A DNA stretch of 64,000 nucleotides, from positions 1-64,000 of IMG/VR virus record IMGVR_UViG_2706796753_000001, one strand, 5' to 3'. A program made the position numbers and the translations under genes. The notes under the pieces are model-generated. The model did no database searches. It was not told the origin of the DNA and worked only from the letters and a program-made list of their open reading frames with translations. Positions 1 through 9,518 of this stretch are shown one piece after another. The DNA is from a virus. Lineage: Duplodnaviria > Caudoviricetes. Position 1 is the stretch's first letter. Each line of letters opens with the position of its first letter.

Positions 1-671
1 AAACATTCTGACAATTTACCTAGTAGCTCCCTGCAAACATACGAAAGCCTAGTAGCTCCTTGCATACTAGACTCATATATAATCCCTCTATTAAAATGTT
101 AAAATTTCTCCGCTGCTGCCCCTATCATACTTTCATAGAATTGTCAAGTTAAATACGCACAACAAATTACAACATTAAATTGTGTGAATATTATATACAA
201 TTCGTACAAGCTCGACAGCATTTTTGTTTCTGACATTAGAATACTATAGACGACAACAAATTACAACATTGTCCCATTTAAAAGTGTATTCATAATATTC
301 TGACAATTTGAATAGCGTGAATAGTCTGACAATTAGAGTGATTATAATTAGTTAAATATTCTGACAATTTAAAATAGTTGTCTATATTATCAGATAATTA
401 AGAATATTCTGTTATATATAATATTGTGAATAGTTATAGTATTCTGACAATTAGGATGAGCAGAAGCAGAGGGAGTTGTCTTAGTATTCATAATAGTCTG
501 ACAATTTAAATGTTATGAATGTTTAGAATAGTCTGACAATTAATATACACAATCTGCATACTATTAAGAATATTCTGACAATTGTCTGATACGAGCTGCT
601 CCAGAGTTATTATAATATTCTGACTATTTAGACGATTCAAATTATCAGACAATTAAGAATATACTATTAAC

Positions 672-700
672 TTGACAAATGGGAGTAGGTGTGTTATATA
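672..700 (+). promoter_or_regulatory. SigA-like promoter inside the repeat array
   Basis: TTGACA-17 nt-TATATA with TG extension. Confidence 0.55.
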
Positions 701-1021
701 TAGGGAGTTGTTTGAATAGTTAGAATTATCAGACTATTTAGAACATTCATATTATCAGACAATTATATATGAAACTGTGAGTCTGGGAAGCCTTGATACT
801 ACTGGTCTGAGAGGTTATTTCCTCTGTACGGGCTTCTAGAGGGCTTCTTAATACAAATGCTAGGGGAAGGGATTAGAATCGCTCTAGCGGCGTCTGAGAG
901 CCTTTAAAATAGATTTGACAAATGATAGATTGTGTGGTATGGGAATTAGTTATAATATTCTGACTAACTGAATATTCTGACAATTCAACTTCTACTATAT
1001 ATGCATGAGCAGGTGCGCGCG

Positions 1022-1050
1022 TATATACCACACTGTAGCTGCTATGTCAA
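1022..1050 (-). promoter_or_regulatory. SigA-like promoter facing into the repeat array
   Basis: Minus strand TTGACA-17 nt-TATATA with TG extension. Confidence 0.5.
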
Positions 1051-1199
1051 GTATTAAATGTATTATGAATATTCTGACAATTTAGAATAAACTTTCTTTT
1101 ACTTTTTGTCATAAAAGGGTTGTCAGCAGCGTATAATAATAGTAAGATGAAAGCAGTTAAGGAAGCGACAAACTTCCTCAAAAATAATTAAAAAAGTAC

Positions 1200-1228
1200 T
1201 TGAAATACTATTTAATAAATGGTAAGAT
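1200..1228 (+). promoter_or_regulatory. SigA-like early promoter for the 1261 gene
   Basis: TTGAAA-17 nt-TAAGAT with TG extension and AT-rich upstream sequence. Confidence 0.6.
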
Positions 1229-1260
1229 GAAATTAACTTAAAAAAGGGAGATGTTGAGAT

Positions 1261-1845
1261 ATGACAAACGTATATGAATTAAACCAAGAGGTAAACGTAG
1301 AGATTTTCAGAGGTGCAGAGTTCACAGGTAAAATCGTTGATATTAACTCGTATAACTCAATATACTGGGTAGAACGTGCAGAGGACAAAGAGTGGTTTAT
1401 GGTTGACCCAGAGGACGACAAAATTGAGCTGGTACAAACTGAATTACCTCTATTAGAGAGAGGCGAGGACTATATCCGCGCTAACTCTCATTTATTACCT
1501 GCTACGGATATCATGTCCACTATCAAAGAGGTTAAAGCTAAAATTAAAGATGAGCTATCAGATGAGTTCGTTATGTGCCGTGATATTGACTACGTAGAGA
1601 TTACTATCTTTAACCACGGTGAGGGTTGGATTAAACACCCAACTAACTACGGTGAATATATCGAAGACTTAGAAGGTTGGGATGTTGAAGTCAATCTGCA
1701 TATGGAGGACGACTCACGTATATCGTTCGTAATTGGTGAGTTTTTCAATGAGGCGGACGCGTTAAAGCATGCAAAGGCTATGCGCTCTAAAATGAATCGT
1801 TCTTCATTCGATATTGAATTACCTGTAAGAGTATACTCTTGCTAG
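1261..1845 (+). CDS. Hypothetical early protein, acidic
   Basis: 194-aa ORF, SD AAGGGAG, promoter upstream. Confidence 0.8.
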   Translation: MTNVYELNQEVNVEIFRGAEFTGKIVDINSYNSIYWVERAEDKEWFMVDPEDDKIELVQTELPLLERGEDYIRANSHLLPATDIMSTIKEVKAKIKDELSDEFVMCRDIDYVEITIFNHGEGWIKHPTNYGEYIEDLEGWDVEVNLHMEDDSRISFVIGEFFNEADALKHAKAMRSKMNRSSFDIELPVRVYSC

Positions 1846-1890
1846 TATGCCCAGCTAGTACCATATATTAAAACTACTATACAAAGGGAG

Positions 1891-2253
1891 ATGTTTATTA
1901 TGTTAACTACTGCAATGGAGCTTGCTATTATTGAATTGAAAGGGATTGTTAGTCATGCTACCTTCCTAGCCGACCAGTGGGAGCAGGGTATTGCCTATAC
2001 TACTTGCCTTGTCGATGATATTAACGATAGATTAAACGCCGCTTCACGCCTTATAGAAGGTGAGTTCAACGATACGCGAAATGGTATCATAGCTATTGAG
2101 ATGCAGTTCATTGAGAGCCGTATTAAGCAGGTATATCATGGCATCTATATAGGTGATAGAGTCACTAGCACTGGACTATCACACCTAGCAGAGGCAGCCT
2201 ATCAGACATGCAATACTATCACTCAATACGCAATGGAAGTATATGCCAATTGA
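1891..2253 (+). CDS. Hypothetical early protein (start may be 1900)
   Basis: 120-aa ORF with SD AAAGGGAG. Confidence 0.75.
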   Translation: MFIMLTTAMELAIIELKGIVSHATFLADQWEQGIAYTTCLVDDINDRLNAASRLIEGEFNDTRNGIIAIEMQFIESRIKQVYHGIYIGDRVTSTGLSHLAEAAYQTCNTITQYAMEVYAN

Positions 2254-2509
2254 TTACATCTCGATTCATAAATATAAGAGGTTGTCAATGATTATTTTGT
2301 CAACCTTTTTATTTAAATTTATTTTACTATTTTACTTGACATATAACCCCACCCGTGCTTTACGACCATGTGTTCGGTTACCTCCCCTCTCTACCCCGAC
2401 TACCTCAGGTAAAAATCCCAGAAAAATTTTGAAAAGTCGCTATATCTATCTTGCACAAACCCTTTATATATACAAGCCCCATCCCTATAATAGCAGCCCC
2501 TTATATAGT

Positions 2510-2713
2510 CTATTTATTCATAATGTCATCTAGTATAAGGATAATGCAGCCCGCTACTCCTAAGTTGAATAATATATAGCACGTAGCAGCCCTAAAGTAT
2601 GCTCTATCTGTTATCTGGTCATATACGTACCTTGTCTTTAACTTCTCCATATATAAGCTGGTTAACAACCCCACCGTTAAAAGTCCTACTATTCCTATAA
2701 TATGTAATAACAT
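2510..2713 (-). CDS. Small two-TM membrane protein
   Basis: Two hydrophobic segments, SD AAGGAGG. Confidence 0.7.
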   Translation of the reverse strand: MLLHIIGIVGLLTVGLLTSLYMEKLKTRYVYDQITDRAYFRAATCYILFNLGVAGCIILILDDIMNK

Positions 2714-2831
2714 TCATGATACCTCCTTAAAATTTCCTAAAAATTTTTCGACTTGGTTTAAAGGTCACTTCCATATTTTACCAATTTAATATGTATAGAA
2801 AGAGAGGTTGTGAGCCTCTCTGTGTTATTGT

Positions 2832-3020
2832 TTATCTGATAAGGTCTGCTATCATTGACGATATCATGTCTACTGCTACGGTAACTCCTGTTATAAGGGA
2901 TAACATAGCGTATATGACTAACTTCTTAACGTCTTCTTTTTTTATCTCTTCGAATGCCATTTTAATGAAATTATAAGAAGAGAGTAAGAATATAGTGATA
3001 AATATAGTTCGTAATATCAT
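2832..3020 (-). CDS. Small two-TM membrane protein
   Basis: Two hydrophobic segments, SD AGGAGG. Confidence 0.7.
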   Translation of the reverse strand: MILRTIFITIFLLSSYNFIKMAFEEIKKEDVKKLVIYAMLSLITGVTVAVDMISSMIADLIR

Positions 3021-3360
3021 GTTTTTCCTCCTATGATAATAAGTGATGAACGGTCATATATGTACTGGATGCTAATGCTCCTAATAGTAATACAGTAAGG
3101 ATTGCGAATTTCAGTGTATCTTCTTTAGATGCCTTCTCTGCTTTGTTCCAATAGTATTCACACACGACTGCTATGATAATGGTAAGTATGCACCAGAATA
3201 AACCCACCTACTGTTCCTCCGCTTCATCTAGTAATATATGTAATGCCTTTTTCTTAAAGTCCTCGATAGGCATATTCTTCATGAAGAAGTGTCCTCCGTA
3301 GTCTCCTTTAATAACGACTGTCTTTTTATCTTCTGATAGGAACATCATAACTGACATATA

Positions 3361-4086
3361 TTATCGCTCCTCTTTCATCTTATTTATCTTCTTATATAGA
3401 TATGACGTATGGGCTTCTGATACATCAGGGAACGTTATTGTATAGTATAAGGATTTATCTTCTTTGATTTCTTTATGTGTATGTATATCAAAGATTGCTG
3501 TTCGCTCTTCAATTACACCTTTATCTCCTATAGGAGCTGCTGAGTATGCTTCTTCAATGATACCTAAAATTTTATATGTTTCTGTTTTCTCTCCATATGT
3601 ATCTCTATCGGGATAGTACAATTTAGCTACACGCGTGTCTCCTACGATTGGGAAGTTCTGATATCGGTCTCTTAGGGCTGATAAGTACTCATGTTTTACT
3701 AATACTGTATCAGGTTGTCCATCTATCATTAAATCACGTGAGTATACCGCATCTGACATATAAGATATAAGCCGCATTGTAGCCATCGATACTGTTATGT
3801 ATCTATTCTCAATACCTATTCTTGGTTCATGTTTAGCTTGGAATGTATGCTCATCCTCGTCTACATGGAACACTTCAAACTCTAGGTACTGACTAAACGA
3901 TGTAGGTTTGTGATATAACGGTAAGTATACCTTGTCTCCACACTCTACTGGAGAGATAACTACCTCATGTACATAGTTCACTGTCTTCACTCCTACGCAC
4001 TTCTGTAGTTCCACTTTCTCTTCTTTCTCTTCTTTCTCTTCTTTCTGGTTTGTTAGTAGTTCTTTTAACTTTTGAATGACACTCAT
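3361..4086 (-). CDS. Hypothetical protein, paralogue of 4286-4915
   Basis: 241-aa ORF with SD; shared C-terminal YK(I/V)LG...AYSAA...TAI.DI block. Confidence 0.8.
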   Translation of the reverse strand: MSVIQKLKELLTNQKEEKEEKEEKVELQKCVGVKTVNYVHEVVISPVECGDKVYLPLYHKPTSFSQYLEFEVFHVDEDEHTFQAKHEPRIGIENRYITVSMATMRLISYMSDAVYSRDLMIDGQPDTVLVKHEYLSALRDRYQNFPIVGDTRVAKLYYPDRDTYGEKTETYKILGIIEEAYSAAPIGDKGVIEERTAIFDIHTHKEIKEDKSLYYTITFPDVSEAHTSYLYKKINKMKEER

Positions 4087-4098
4087 TCTCTCTCCTCC

Positions 4099-4293
4099 TT
4101 ATTTCATCCATGAATCATCGTCATAATATTTACAAGTCTCTGCTTTACTGAAATCTTTTATTTCTGCATCACAGTTAATATTTTCGCATATGTTTAACCA
4201 AACAACCTCTTCCTCTGTAGATAGTCTCCTATTTACATATGTTTTACTATAACCGCAATCTCCACAGTTTTTCATAATACCTTCCTTACTCAA
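4099..4293 (-). CDS. Small Cys-rich hypothetical protein
   Basis: CxxC and CxxxxC motifs. Confidence 0.65.
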   Translation of the reverse strand: MSKEGIMKNCGDCGYSKTYVNRRLSTEEEVVWLNICENINCDAEIKDFSKAETCKYYDDDSWMK

Positions 4294-4915
4294 CTGTTAA
4301 CTTTAATCGGTTGGTGATATATGCACTATGCGCTTCTTGCTCTGTTAGGAAGAATGATACTACCGATTTTACACGAGGTTTCGCGATTTCTGTATTAGTC
4401 TTAATATCTACAATAGCTGTATAGTTCTCTACAACTTCTCCTTCGTTATTCATAAGTGCAGCAGAGTAAGCACTGTCTGTTACACCTAGCACTTTATACT
4501 TCTGTGTATATACACTTAGCTTTTCCGTATCTTTATCGTACTTCTTACCATATATGATATCTCCAAACTTAACTGGAGCTTTATCTTTTGTAGTGGTATT
4601 GGTTCGTTTATCGTCAATATTAACTGGACGTATATGCACAATTACTGAGTTGTCCGTTTTTGAACCGTTCCAGTGAGTAACTCTCATCGTTTTCAAACAG
4701 AATTCTCCATGAATCTTCTCACATGTATTTTCTAAACTTCGGATGAACCCTATAAATGAGGCTTGAATAGCAAACCCTCCAATTCGGATTTCATCCACGA
4801 TAATTTTAATTTCGTTACTATTCGGTACACCAAACTTACCTGCATAAACGTATAATGATTGTCCTACGTAAATAGTTTGACCTGCCATATTTGGAAAACT
4901 ATAAACTGATTCCAT
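4286..4915 (-). CDS. Hypothetical protein, paralogue of 3361-4086
   Basis: 209-aa ORF, SD GGAGAGAGG. Confidence 0.8.
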   Translation of the reverse strand: MESVYSFPNMAGQTIYVGQSLYVYAGKFGVPNSNEIKIIVDEIRIGGFAIQASFIGFIRSLENTCEKIHGEFCLKTMRVTHWNGSKTDNSVIVHIRPVNIDDKRTNTTTKDKAPVKFGDIIYGKKYDKDTEKLSVYTQKYKVLGVTDSAYSAALMNNEGEVVENYTAIVDIKTNTEIAKPRVKSVVSFFLTEQEAHSAYITNRLKLTVE

Positions 4916-4928
4916 ATCCTCTCTCCTC

Positions 4929-5168
4929 CTATCGCATAGCTGCTGCGGCTACGCCTTGTATAATTGATAAAAACAGCACACTACCCAAAAATCCTATGAA
5001 ACCCCACCCCATTAGTTTAAGACCGTTAGTAGCTCGTTCTAGGTCTGTATCGTGATACTTGACCATTTGTACTAGACCAGCGATTAAAGGAGTACAGCAG
5101 AGTGTATAGGCAGCTACCATGAACCATATGAACTCTTTATATATTTCGTATCCTTCTGTCATTCCCAT
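4929..5168 (-). CDS. Small two-TM membrane protein
   Basis: Hydrophobic hairpin. Confidence 0.7.
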   Translation of the reverse strand: MGMTEGYEIYKEFIWFMVAAYTLCCTPLIAGLVQMVKYHDTDLERATNGLKLMGWGFIGFLGSVLFLSIIQGVAAAAMR

Positions 5169-5386
5169 ACATCCTTTCCTCCGTTATATACTTTACGGGT
5201 AGTAGAGTCGAATAAATATGTAGAAACTGGGTTATCCTCATGATATACGAATGCGTGTTCTTCGTTATCTGTAGTATATACAACGTCATCCAGACCACCT
5301 AAAGGGTGTAATCCAACTTCAAAAATCCAGTACCTGTGTTGTAAGTTAGTTTTTTCCATTTCTAACTGCCCACCCCCAAAGGTCAT
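5159..5386 (-). CDS. Hypothetical protein (likely start MEKTNL near 5359)
   Basis: ORF in tightly packed minus-strand run. Confidence 0.65.
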   Translation of the reverse strand: MTFGGGQLEMEKTNLQHRYWIFEVGLHPLGGLDDVVYTTDNEEHAFVYHEDNPVSTYLFDSTTRKVYNGGKDVWE

Positions 5387-5590
5387 TAGTATGATTGAAT
5401 TCTACTCCTAGAGATTCTAGCTCATCCATTATCTCTTTAAGTCTACCTAACCAGCACTTTACTAAGAAGGGCGTGTCATTAGCAATACTTTCAATCATTT
5501 TCTCCTTTATCTTCTCGTATTCATCCAGTAAATCTTTTATACGTATAGTCTTTTCGAGGTTAATTTACCGCTATCAACCATGATTAACAT
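5346..5590 (-). CDS. Hypothetical protein with apparent 1-nt frameshift near 5558
   Basis: SD GGAGG plus ATG at 5590; reading continues in the -1 frame (LEKTIRIKDLLDEYE...). Confidence 0.5.
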
Positions 5591-5773
5591 GAAGTTACTT
5601 CCTCCTCTTTCTAATCTCCAACGCGCAGAAATCATCATACATAACAAATTTGACAAGCTCTCTATTGTAATATTTCTCTACTATAGTGACAACACCGTAC
5701 ATGTCTATATAATTGAACGTATCACTCCACTCAGGTAGGTCTCTATCCGTTACATATACAGGAAGCTCTTTCA

Positions 5774-6010
5774 TTAATCTTCCTCCTTGTACTTACGAAG
5801 CATATCGATAAATACCTCTGGGTTGTTATCCCCGCTTTCAATATGGTCTTCCCATGCTTTGATAAGTTCTTGACTTAATTCATCATCAAGCTCTCCTTCA
5901 ATTTCGAAAAACGTCTCTGCTGCATTATTTCGAGCTTCTCTATATGCATTCGCTACATCGTAGATATCTCTTTTAAGTTCATCGGATATAATCATATTAC
6001 CTCTCCTCAT
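5774..6010 (-). CDS. Small acidic hypothetical protein
   Basis: ORF with SD GAGAGG. Confidence 0.65.
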   Translation of the reverse strand: MRRGNMIISDELKRDIYDVANAYREARNNAAETFFEIEGELDDELSQELIKAWEDHIESGDNNPEVFIDMLRKYKEED

Positions 6011-6349
6011 GTATTTATTCTGTTCACCTCTCCACGATAGTAATTGATACGACTATTTATCCATCGTTTCAATTCCATATCTTTTGTTTCTTTCATAACT
6101 TCTTGCAGCATATGTATTTTATCTTTAAGTACTTCTATACGGATGTCACTCCAGCATCTCACGACATCACTCCTTATTTATGTAATATGTAATCCACACA
6201 TCCGACTACACAAAATGCGCTTAAGAACAAGAAGAACATAATGAATGCCAGTTGTAGTATAGTGAATCGCCAAGGTTCAGCGAGTGCGTAATCAAAAAGT
6301 ACTACACTCGCTAAGAATACCAGACAGGCGATAGGGAACAATACCCATA

Positions 6350-6654
6350 TCATGCTACGATGATGTTCTTTCTTAAAAATTCGAAGTTTTTATAGTTATC
6401 AGGTAACAGGTATGCGTATTCTACCTCGTCACCTTCTTCTAGAACTAGTTCGTTTGTGAAGTGTTCTAATTTCGCGATATTACCGATAGCCATATACACT
6501 TTACCGATTTTGTATCAATACGGCTAATGTAGTCTACATACTCTTGTTTAATGTGTTCTACCGTGCAGCCCATTTCTTTCAGTGCGCTAGTATCGATTTG
6601 AGATTTGTCATTAATGTAGCCAATCTTTTCACCTTTATAGTAAATGTTGTACAT
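6350..6654 (-). CDS. Hypothetical protein with apparent 1-nt frameshift near 6510
   Basis: SD GGAGG; the 6466-6654 ORF continues in the -1 frame (KIGKVYMAIGNIAK...IIVA*). Confidence 0.55.
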
Positions 6655-6667
6655 TTCTGATTACCTC

Positions 6668-6940
6668 CTATTTTAATTCGTGTGGCATATTTAATGATAG
6701 TCCACGCAGTTCGTTAATCATCATTAGTTTAACAAAGTTATCGAATGAATCTGGAATCATTTTAGCGTGTAAAACTTCTTCACCTTCGATTAACTCTAAG
6801 TCAGTTGTTGCCTCCTCAAGCTTATGTAGAGTACCGATTGCGATATGTACAGAATGCGTTGTCTCTACCTGCACAATATACTCTTGCTCTTCTCCCTCGA
6901 ACTTAACCTCTAACTCTCTTAATCCTTTTGAATCTACCAT
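6668..6940 (-). CDS. Hypothetical protein
   Basis: SD AAGGAGG, own promoter TTGCAA-17-TATACT. Confidence 0.75.
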   Translation of the reverse strand: MVDSKGLRELEVKFEGEEQEYIVQVETTHSVHIAIGTLHKLEEATTDLELIEGEEVLHAKMIPDSFDNFVKLMMINELRGLSLNMPHELK

Positions 6941-7006
6941 TTTATCTTCCTCCTTAGTTATTATACTTTAAGTATAACATAGATTGATATTTTTGCAAGA
7001 CTTTTT

Positions 7007-8194
7007 TTATTTAGCTTTAAAATTGTATAAAGGTTTGATAATATCTTTGATATCGATTGTATCTTTCGTGTTCTCGATAATTTCATCCATAGGTTTGTAC
7101 ACCATAGGGGCTTCATCCAATGTGCTCTCAACAACAGAAGTTGTCCAAACGCCAGCCATTGTATTTGTAAATTCTTCGATGTCTAGTGAATCCTTAGCCT
7201 TTCTGCGACTCATAATACGTCCTGCTCCATGAGGTGCTGAGAAGTTCCAATCAGGATTACCTTTACCAAACGCAATGATAGAACCATCTCGCATGTTGAT
7301 AGGGATAATCACTCGCTCTCCTTGTTGAGCTGAGATAGCACCTTTACGCATAATCATGTTGTCCATATCGATATAGTTATGGATAGTATCGAATGAATCA
7401 GTGATTTTCCACCCCATCTTAGCAACGATTACATCAATCATCGCTTGGCGGTTTAACGCAGCGTAGTATTGCGCGATTTTCATATCATGCATGTAGTCTT
7501 TAAATCCTTGCCCTTCTAAGTAAGCGAACTCTTTGCGGATTTTAGGTTGTTTAACTCCTCGCAAAGCATCATGAATCTCGTGTTGTCGTCCCTCTTTTGT
7601 TAATCGTTCGATTATTTCATCCTTAACAGATTTAACGTTCATAATCTGCTCATATGCAAGGTTTTGGTAATGCTCTGCAATTTGTTTACCTAAGTGACGA
7701 GAGCCACTATGAATAATAAGGTATACGTTACCTGCTTCGTCTTCGTTGACCTCGATGAAGTGGTTACCCCCACCTAATGTACCGATACTGTTCTGTGCGC
7801 GTTGCAGGTTGAATGGAGCTCGTACAGATTTGAAATCTACCATATTAGCGAAGCTATGAGCCGTACTGCGAATTGAGAATCCGTTAGGTACATGGTTGTA
7901 GATTACTTCATCTAACTGGTCGAACTTGATTTCTTCTTTCTTTTTATCGATGATAGCAACATGCATCCCGCATCCGATATCGACTCCTACTAGATTTGAA
8001 ACGATTTTATCTTGAATTGTCATTGTTGTACCTATTGTACATCCTGCACCTGCATGCGTGTCAGGCATAATACGAATCTTATTACCTTTTACAAACTCTT
8101 GGTTACAGAGTTCAATAATCTGACCTGTTGCAGTCTCCTCGATATTATTAGTGAATACCTTAGCCTCATTATATTTACCTTTTAGTGTTAACAT
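7007..8194 (-). CDS. rtcB: RtcB-family RNA ligase (tRNA repair)
   Basis: Motifs MPDTHAG, VGVDIGCG, GTLGGGNHFIE, HSGSR, HN, RKGA, SAPHGAGR and DEAPMVYK; start set at the ATG behind SD AAGGGAGG. Confidence 0.96.
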   Translation of the reverse strand: MLTLKGKYNEAKVFTNNIEETATGQIIELCNQEFVKGNKIRIMPDTHAGAGCTIGTTMTIQDKIVSNLVGVDIGCGMHVAIIDKKKEEIKFDQLDEVIYNHVPNGFSIRSTAHSFANMVDFKSVRAPFNLQRAQNSIGTLGGGNHFIEVNEDEAGNVYLIIHSGSRHLGKQIAEHYQNLAYEQIMNVKSVKDEIIERLTKEGRQHEIHDALRGVKQPKIRKEFAYLEGQGFKDYMHDMKIAQYYAALNRQAMIDVIVAKMGWKITDSFDTIHNYIDMDNMIMRKGAISAQQGERVIIPINMRDGSIIAFGKGNPDWNFSAPHGAGRIMSRRKAKDSLDIEEFTNTMAGVWTTSVVESTLDEAPMVYKPMDEIIENTKDTIDIKDIIKPLYNFKAK

Positions 8195-8259
8195 TATGTA
8201 TTTCCTCCCTTTATTTATTATACTAAAAGTATAACACTGCAAATCTATCTTTGCAAGTA

Positions 8260-8457
8260 CTAATTAAATAGTTTATATAAGTTGTTCATCCAGTCTAACA
8301 TTGTAACTCCTACATAGCTCGTACACACGATTACAAGGACGGATACCTTAATTTTATAGAATGTACTGAAATCTCTCGGATTATCTGTTATATCGGCTAA
8401 ACTCATCACGCCACCTATCATGACTAACACGGAGATAATGAATAGTAAAACACTCAT
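8260..8457 (-). CDS. Small two-TM membrane protein
   Basis: Hydrophobic hairpin, SD GGAG. Confidence 0.7.
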   Translation of the reverse strand: MSVLLFIISVLVMIGGVMSLADITDNPRDFSTFYKIKVSVLVIVCTSYVGVTMLDWMNNLYKLFN

Positions 8458-8467
8458 AGAACCACTC

Positions 8468-8740
8468 CTATCCTAAAATTACAGTTGTCATCATCATTTG
8501 AGTTGAAAAATCAATAGCGTCATCTAACATCTTCTGGTCTTCCTCACGACGTCTTTTTTCCTCTTCCTGCTGCTTCTTTTTCTCTTCTGGAGTTAACTCT
8601 ACCTTTTCTGGTTTCTTTTCGACATGAACTTGTGTCTCTTTAGGTGGAGCTTCGTATTTGTACTCCCACGGATACGCTACGAAAATGAAAGTGAATAGAA
8701 TCGAAGCAGCTACTATAATACCTTTGAATAAATCGCTCAT
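8468..8740 (-). CDS. Membrane-anchored protein with charged coil
   Basis: N-terminal TM followed by E/K-rich helix. Confidence 0.7.
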   Translation of the reverse strand: MSDLFKGIIVAASILFTFIFVAYPWEYKYEAPPKETQVHVEKKPEKVELTPEEKKKQQEEEKRRREEDQKMLDDAIDFSTQMMMTTVILG

Positions 8741-9003
8741 ATAATCCCCACCACAGGCATTACCATGATTCTCTCGTCCTTATCTACATACTTACCAGTA
8801 GAGCCTTCATGTGTGAAACGTATGTAGTTAAACTGATGAATCTTATTCCCTACTTTCCACATCGGGACACGTCTCCATTCGAACTTAGGGTCTAAACCCC
8901 AAACCTTATGTTCATTCCTAATCATGTCGATAGGTACGGTAGTTCGCCACATGAATCCGTCCCCTAACTTAACTAACTGCCTATTACGTGTATGCTTTGT
9001 CAT
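8737..9003 (-). CDS. Hypothetical protein (RNRQL N-terminal family)
   Basis: N-terminus MTKHTRNRQLVKL. Confidence 0.7.
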   Translation of the reverse strand: MTKHTRNRQLVKLGDGFMWRTTVPIDMIRNEHKVWGLDPKFEWRRVPMWKVGNKIHQFNYIRFTHEGSTGKYVDKDERIMVMPVVGII

Positions 9004-9171
9004 ACTACCAAACCCACCCTAGACGTTTATTTTGTTTGTATCGATTGTACATGCTGCATAGTTCTTTATTTGTAACTTCTTCAAATCCTACTACAAACTC
9101 ATCATTTAATTCTTCCATTTTCATATAACAAAACTCAATCATCATTTTCCGTATATTCATATAATCCCTCC

Positions 9172-9357
9172 TTAATATCCTAGAAAGTATCCAATCCCAC
9201 CGATTAACAAGAAAACTGCGAATACAAATGTAATAAACAGCACAATCAACATGAGTATATCCATGAAGTCCTCTATGTTGTTAAGTACACTTATAAACGC
9301 ACCAGCAGACATCAACACTAGTAATATCACTAATAAAAATATTAAAACTGCTACCAT
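9172..9357 (-). CDS. Small two-TM membrane protein
   Basis: Almost entirely hydrophobic, SD GGAGG. Confidence 0.7.
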   Translation of the reverse strand: MVAVLIFLLVILLVLMSAGAFISVLNNIEDFMDILMLIVLFITFVFAVFLLIGGIGYFLGY

Positions 9358-9518
9358 TTAAATACCCTCCGTAATAATAAAAATAATTAAAACTGCCAGC
9401 ACCATAGTGACAATTAGAGTAAACATAACTTCAAAAACACTTTGTTGACCTATGTTATTCAACTGGTATAAAACAACTACTACTCCGTAAGCGAACAGTA
9501 ATGTAAGTATGACTGCTG

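Larger units (their letters stand above)
2..1082. repeat. Array of 15-bp imperfect palindromes resembling CodY boxes
   Basis: AATATTCTGACAATT occurs exactly at 294, 355, 569, 971 and 1068; AATAGTCTGACAATT at 320, 492 and 527; variants at 2, 178, 385, 438, 614, 640, 724 and 750. All are within 3 mismatches of AATTTTCWGAAAATT. Confidence 0.85.

Noticed and set aside
2-1082. CRISPR array
   Set aside because: Repeats are only 15 bp, degenerate and irregularly spaced or overlapping; there are no fixed-length spacers and no cas genes in the window.
2243-2533. 96-aa ORF across the strand switch
   Set aside because: No convincing SD and low-complexity DNA; more likely a non-coding boundary segment.
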